Shown: piece by piece, positions 62,886 to 64,000 of the stretch | How positions within the stretch are numbered: the first letter of the stretch is position 1 | Layout: each line of letters starts with the position of its first letter | NCBI GenBank assembly: GCA_040081625.1 | Contig: JBEBGD010000006.1 | Span: forward strand, 32,001-96,000 | Length of the DNA stretch: 64,000 nt | Reading direction: 5' to 3' | Origin: Chthoniobacteraceae bacterium | GTDB taxonomy: Bacteria; Verrucomicrobiota; Verrucomicrobiia; Chthoniobacterales; Chthoniobacteraceae | Made by a program: the position numbers and the translations under genes | The notes under the pieces: model-generated | The model's input: only the letters and a program-made list of their open reading frames with translations | The model's database searches: none | Told to the model about the DNA's origin: nothing

Positions 62886-64000
62886 TGGACTGGGACGCGA
62901 TCAAACTTTTCTATCTCGACTGCCGTAGCTTCAAAGCAACGGCGGAGCGATTTGGCGTGGCCATCGAAGCTCTCAAGAAGCGCGCGCAGCGCCAGCGGTG
63001 GAGGGACATCGAGGGGACATCGCAGAGCGCAGAGGGGACAAATGTCCCCTCCACGGACGGCACTGAGGGGACATGCACCGCTGCTGAGGGGACATCGCAG
63101 ACCGAAAATGTCCCCTCTACGACCGCAAGTGTCCCCTCGATGTCCCCTGACGCATCGGCGGATGTCCCCTCTACGAGCGCAAATGTCCCCCCGATGTCCC
63201 CTCACGCACCGGCGGATGTCCCCTCCACGGATTCAAATGTCCCCTCGCGTGTCCCCTCTGCCGCTGCCGATGTCCCATCAATCTTCGCCGCCGACGTCAC
63301 GACTTACCCGAACGCGATGTCGCCGGGCTCGCCCGCGGTTGACACCATCGCATCCGTCCTCGACGCGATTCAGGCTGGTCAGTTTCGCGCAGAAATCGAG
63401 GAGCTGCGGCGCGTGCTCGGGCGCGACGGCAAGACGGCCTACGACCGCGCGAAGACCAGGCTGCCCGCGTTCTGCGTTTCCGGCACGACCGCCGACCGCA
63501 AACGGCTGCTCAAGCACACGGGCCTGCTGCAATTGGATTTCGATGGACTCAACGGAACGCTCGCCGCCGCACGGCAGAAAATCTCCGGCGATCCGCACGT
63601 CGCCGCCGCGTTCGTGTCGCCGAGCGGCGACGGCCTCAAGGTGCTGCTCCGCATTGATGGCTCGCGCCACGACGAGAGCGTGCGCGCCGCCGCCAAATAC
63701 TTCGCCGACACCTACGGCCTCAAGCACGACCCGCAGGTGAAGGAACCGGCGCGGCTCTGCTTCGTCTCGCACGACCCCGACCTTTTTCGCAACGCCGAGG
63801 CCACGATCTTTCCCATCGCCGACGACGCGAGCACTGCGCCGAAGAACGGTCGCGGTCGCCCGAAAAAAGAGCGCGCGTGGTGGGCGGTGTTCAAAGGCGC
63901 ACTCAGCACGCTCGACCTCGCCGCGATCTTTCGGGAAGCAGAGATGCTCGGCGAATGTCTCGATCCCGACATCGGCAAATGGGCCGTGCGCTGTCCGTGG
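62885..64000 (+). CDS. BT4734/BF3469 (VirE N-terminal) AEP primase with N-terminal HTH; 3'-truncated, not in ORF track
   Basis: Manual translation from ATG 62885: MDWDAIKLFY...AERFGVAIEALKKRAQRQRW, then KTRLPAFCVSG, HTGLLQLDFD, FVSPSGDGLK, RLCFVSHDPD; open to window end. Confidence 0.85.
   Translation, partial: MDWDAIKLFYLDCRSFKATAERFGVAIEALKKRAQRQRWRDIEGTSQSAEGTNVPSTDGTEGTCTAAEGTSQTENVPSTTASVPSMSPDASADVPSTSANVPPMSPHAPADVPSTDSNVPSRVPSAAADVPSIFAADVTTYPNAMSPGSPAVDTIASVLDAIQAGQFRAEIEELRRVLGRDGKTAYDRAKTRLPAFCVSGTTADRKRLLKHTGLLQLDFDGLNGTLAAARQKISGDPHVAAAFVSPSGDGLKVLLRIDGSRHDESVRAAAKYFADTYGLKHDPQVKEPARLCFVSHDPDLFRNAEATIFPIADDASTAPKNGRGRPKKERAWWAVFKGALSTLDLAAIFREAEMLGECLDPDIGKWAVRCPW
63001..63279. 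repeat. Array of 16 ATGTCCCCTC / GAGGGGACAT motifs (iteron-like)
   Basis: 5 reverse copies (63001, 63011, 63032, 63065, 63086) and 11 forward copies (63042, 63108, 63129, 63140, 63162, 63183, 63194, 63216, 63237, 63249, 63270). Confidence 0.9.

Larger units (their letters stand above)
30449..64000. mobile_element. tRNA-Pro-integrated genomic island / phage-like integrative element (extends beyond window)
   Basis: att fragment at left end; visible shift to less GC-biased codon usage (not computed); defence cargo followed by phage-type regulatory and replication genes. Integrase not in window. Confidence 0.82.

Noticed and set aside
63001..63279. CRISPR array
   Set aside because: Repeats are only 10 bp, in both orientations, with very short spacers, inside a CDS; no cas genes. 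The 60416 nuclease lacks the Cas4 cysteine cluster.
62952..63740. 262-aa ORF with MSP repeats
   Set aside because: Off-frame shadow; the frame starting at 62885 carries the primase motifs.

Overview
High-GC bacterial chromosome segment, probably Verrucomicrobiota/Chthoniobacterales (inferred from the PVC-type haem-binding dehydrogenase, ThuA and ceramidase-like gene families). Bases 1-30.4 kb are core and carbohydrate-catabolism genes: proA, a PAS hybrid kinase, tRNA-Ala(TGC), a CCA-adding enzyme, LacI, sugar dehydrogenases and lactonases, galM, GT41+GT4 and pdxA. Short heptamer/nonamer repeat elements are scattered here, including a 115-bp palindromic insertion that appears to split a signal peptide. 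A 25-bp 3' fragment of tRNA-Pro at 30449-30473 marks the att boundary of an integrative element that runs off the right edge. Its cargo is a large DNA phosphorothioation (PT) locus: a WYL regulator, ARPP-1 and DUF932 genes; two tandem PbeABCD-like modules (SF2 helicase, tiny protein, CxC Rad50/SMC ATPase, dnd-associated protein 4), each followed by a different effector (a DUF262/HNH SspE/GmrSD-like protein, and a sulfur-binding-domain HNH protein whose nuclease site looks inactivated); a sigma-like + MORC ATPase cassette inside module 2; dndBCDE with divergent dndA; a WGR-like protein; and the dnd-associated methyltransferase. No dndFGH is present in the window. The element backbone follows: a divergent ribbon-helix-helix pair, an SSB-like protein, a PD-(D/E)XK nuclease, a Pif1 helicase and a BT4734-type primase, missed by the ORF track, containing 16 helically phased iteron-like repeats. 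All family assignments come from motif recognition by eye, without database searches.
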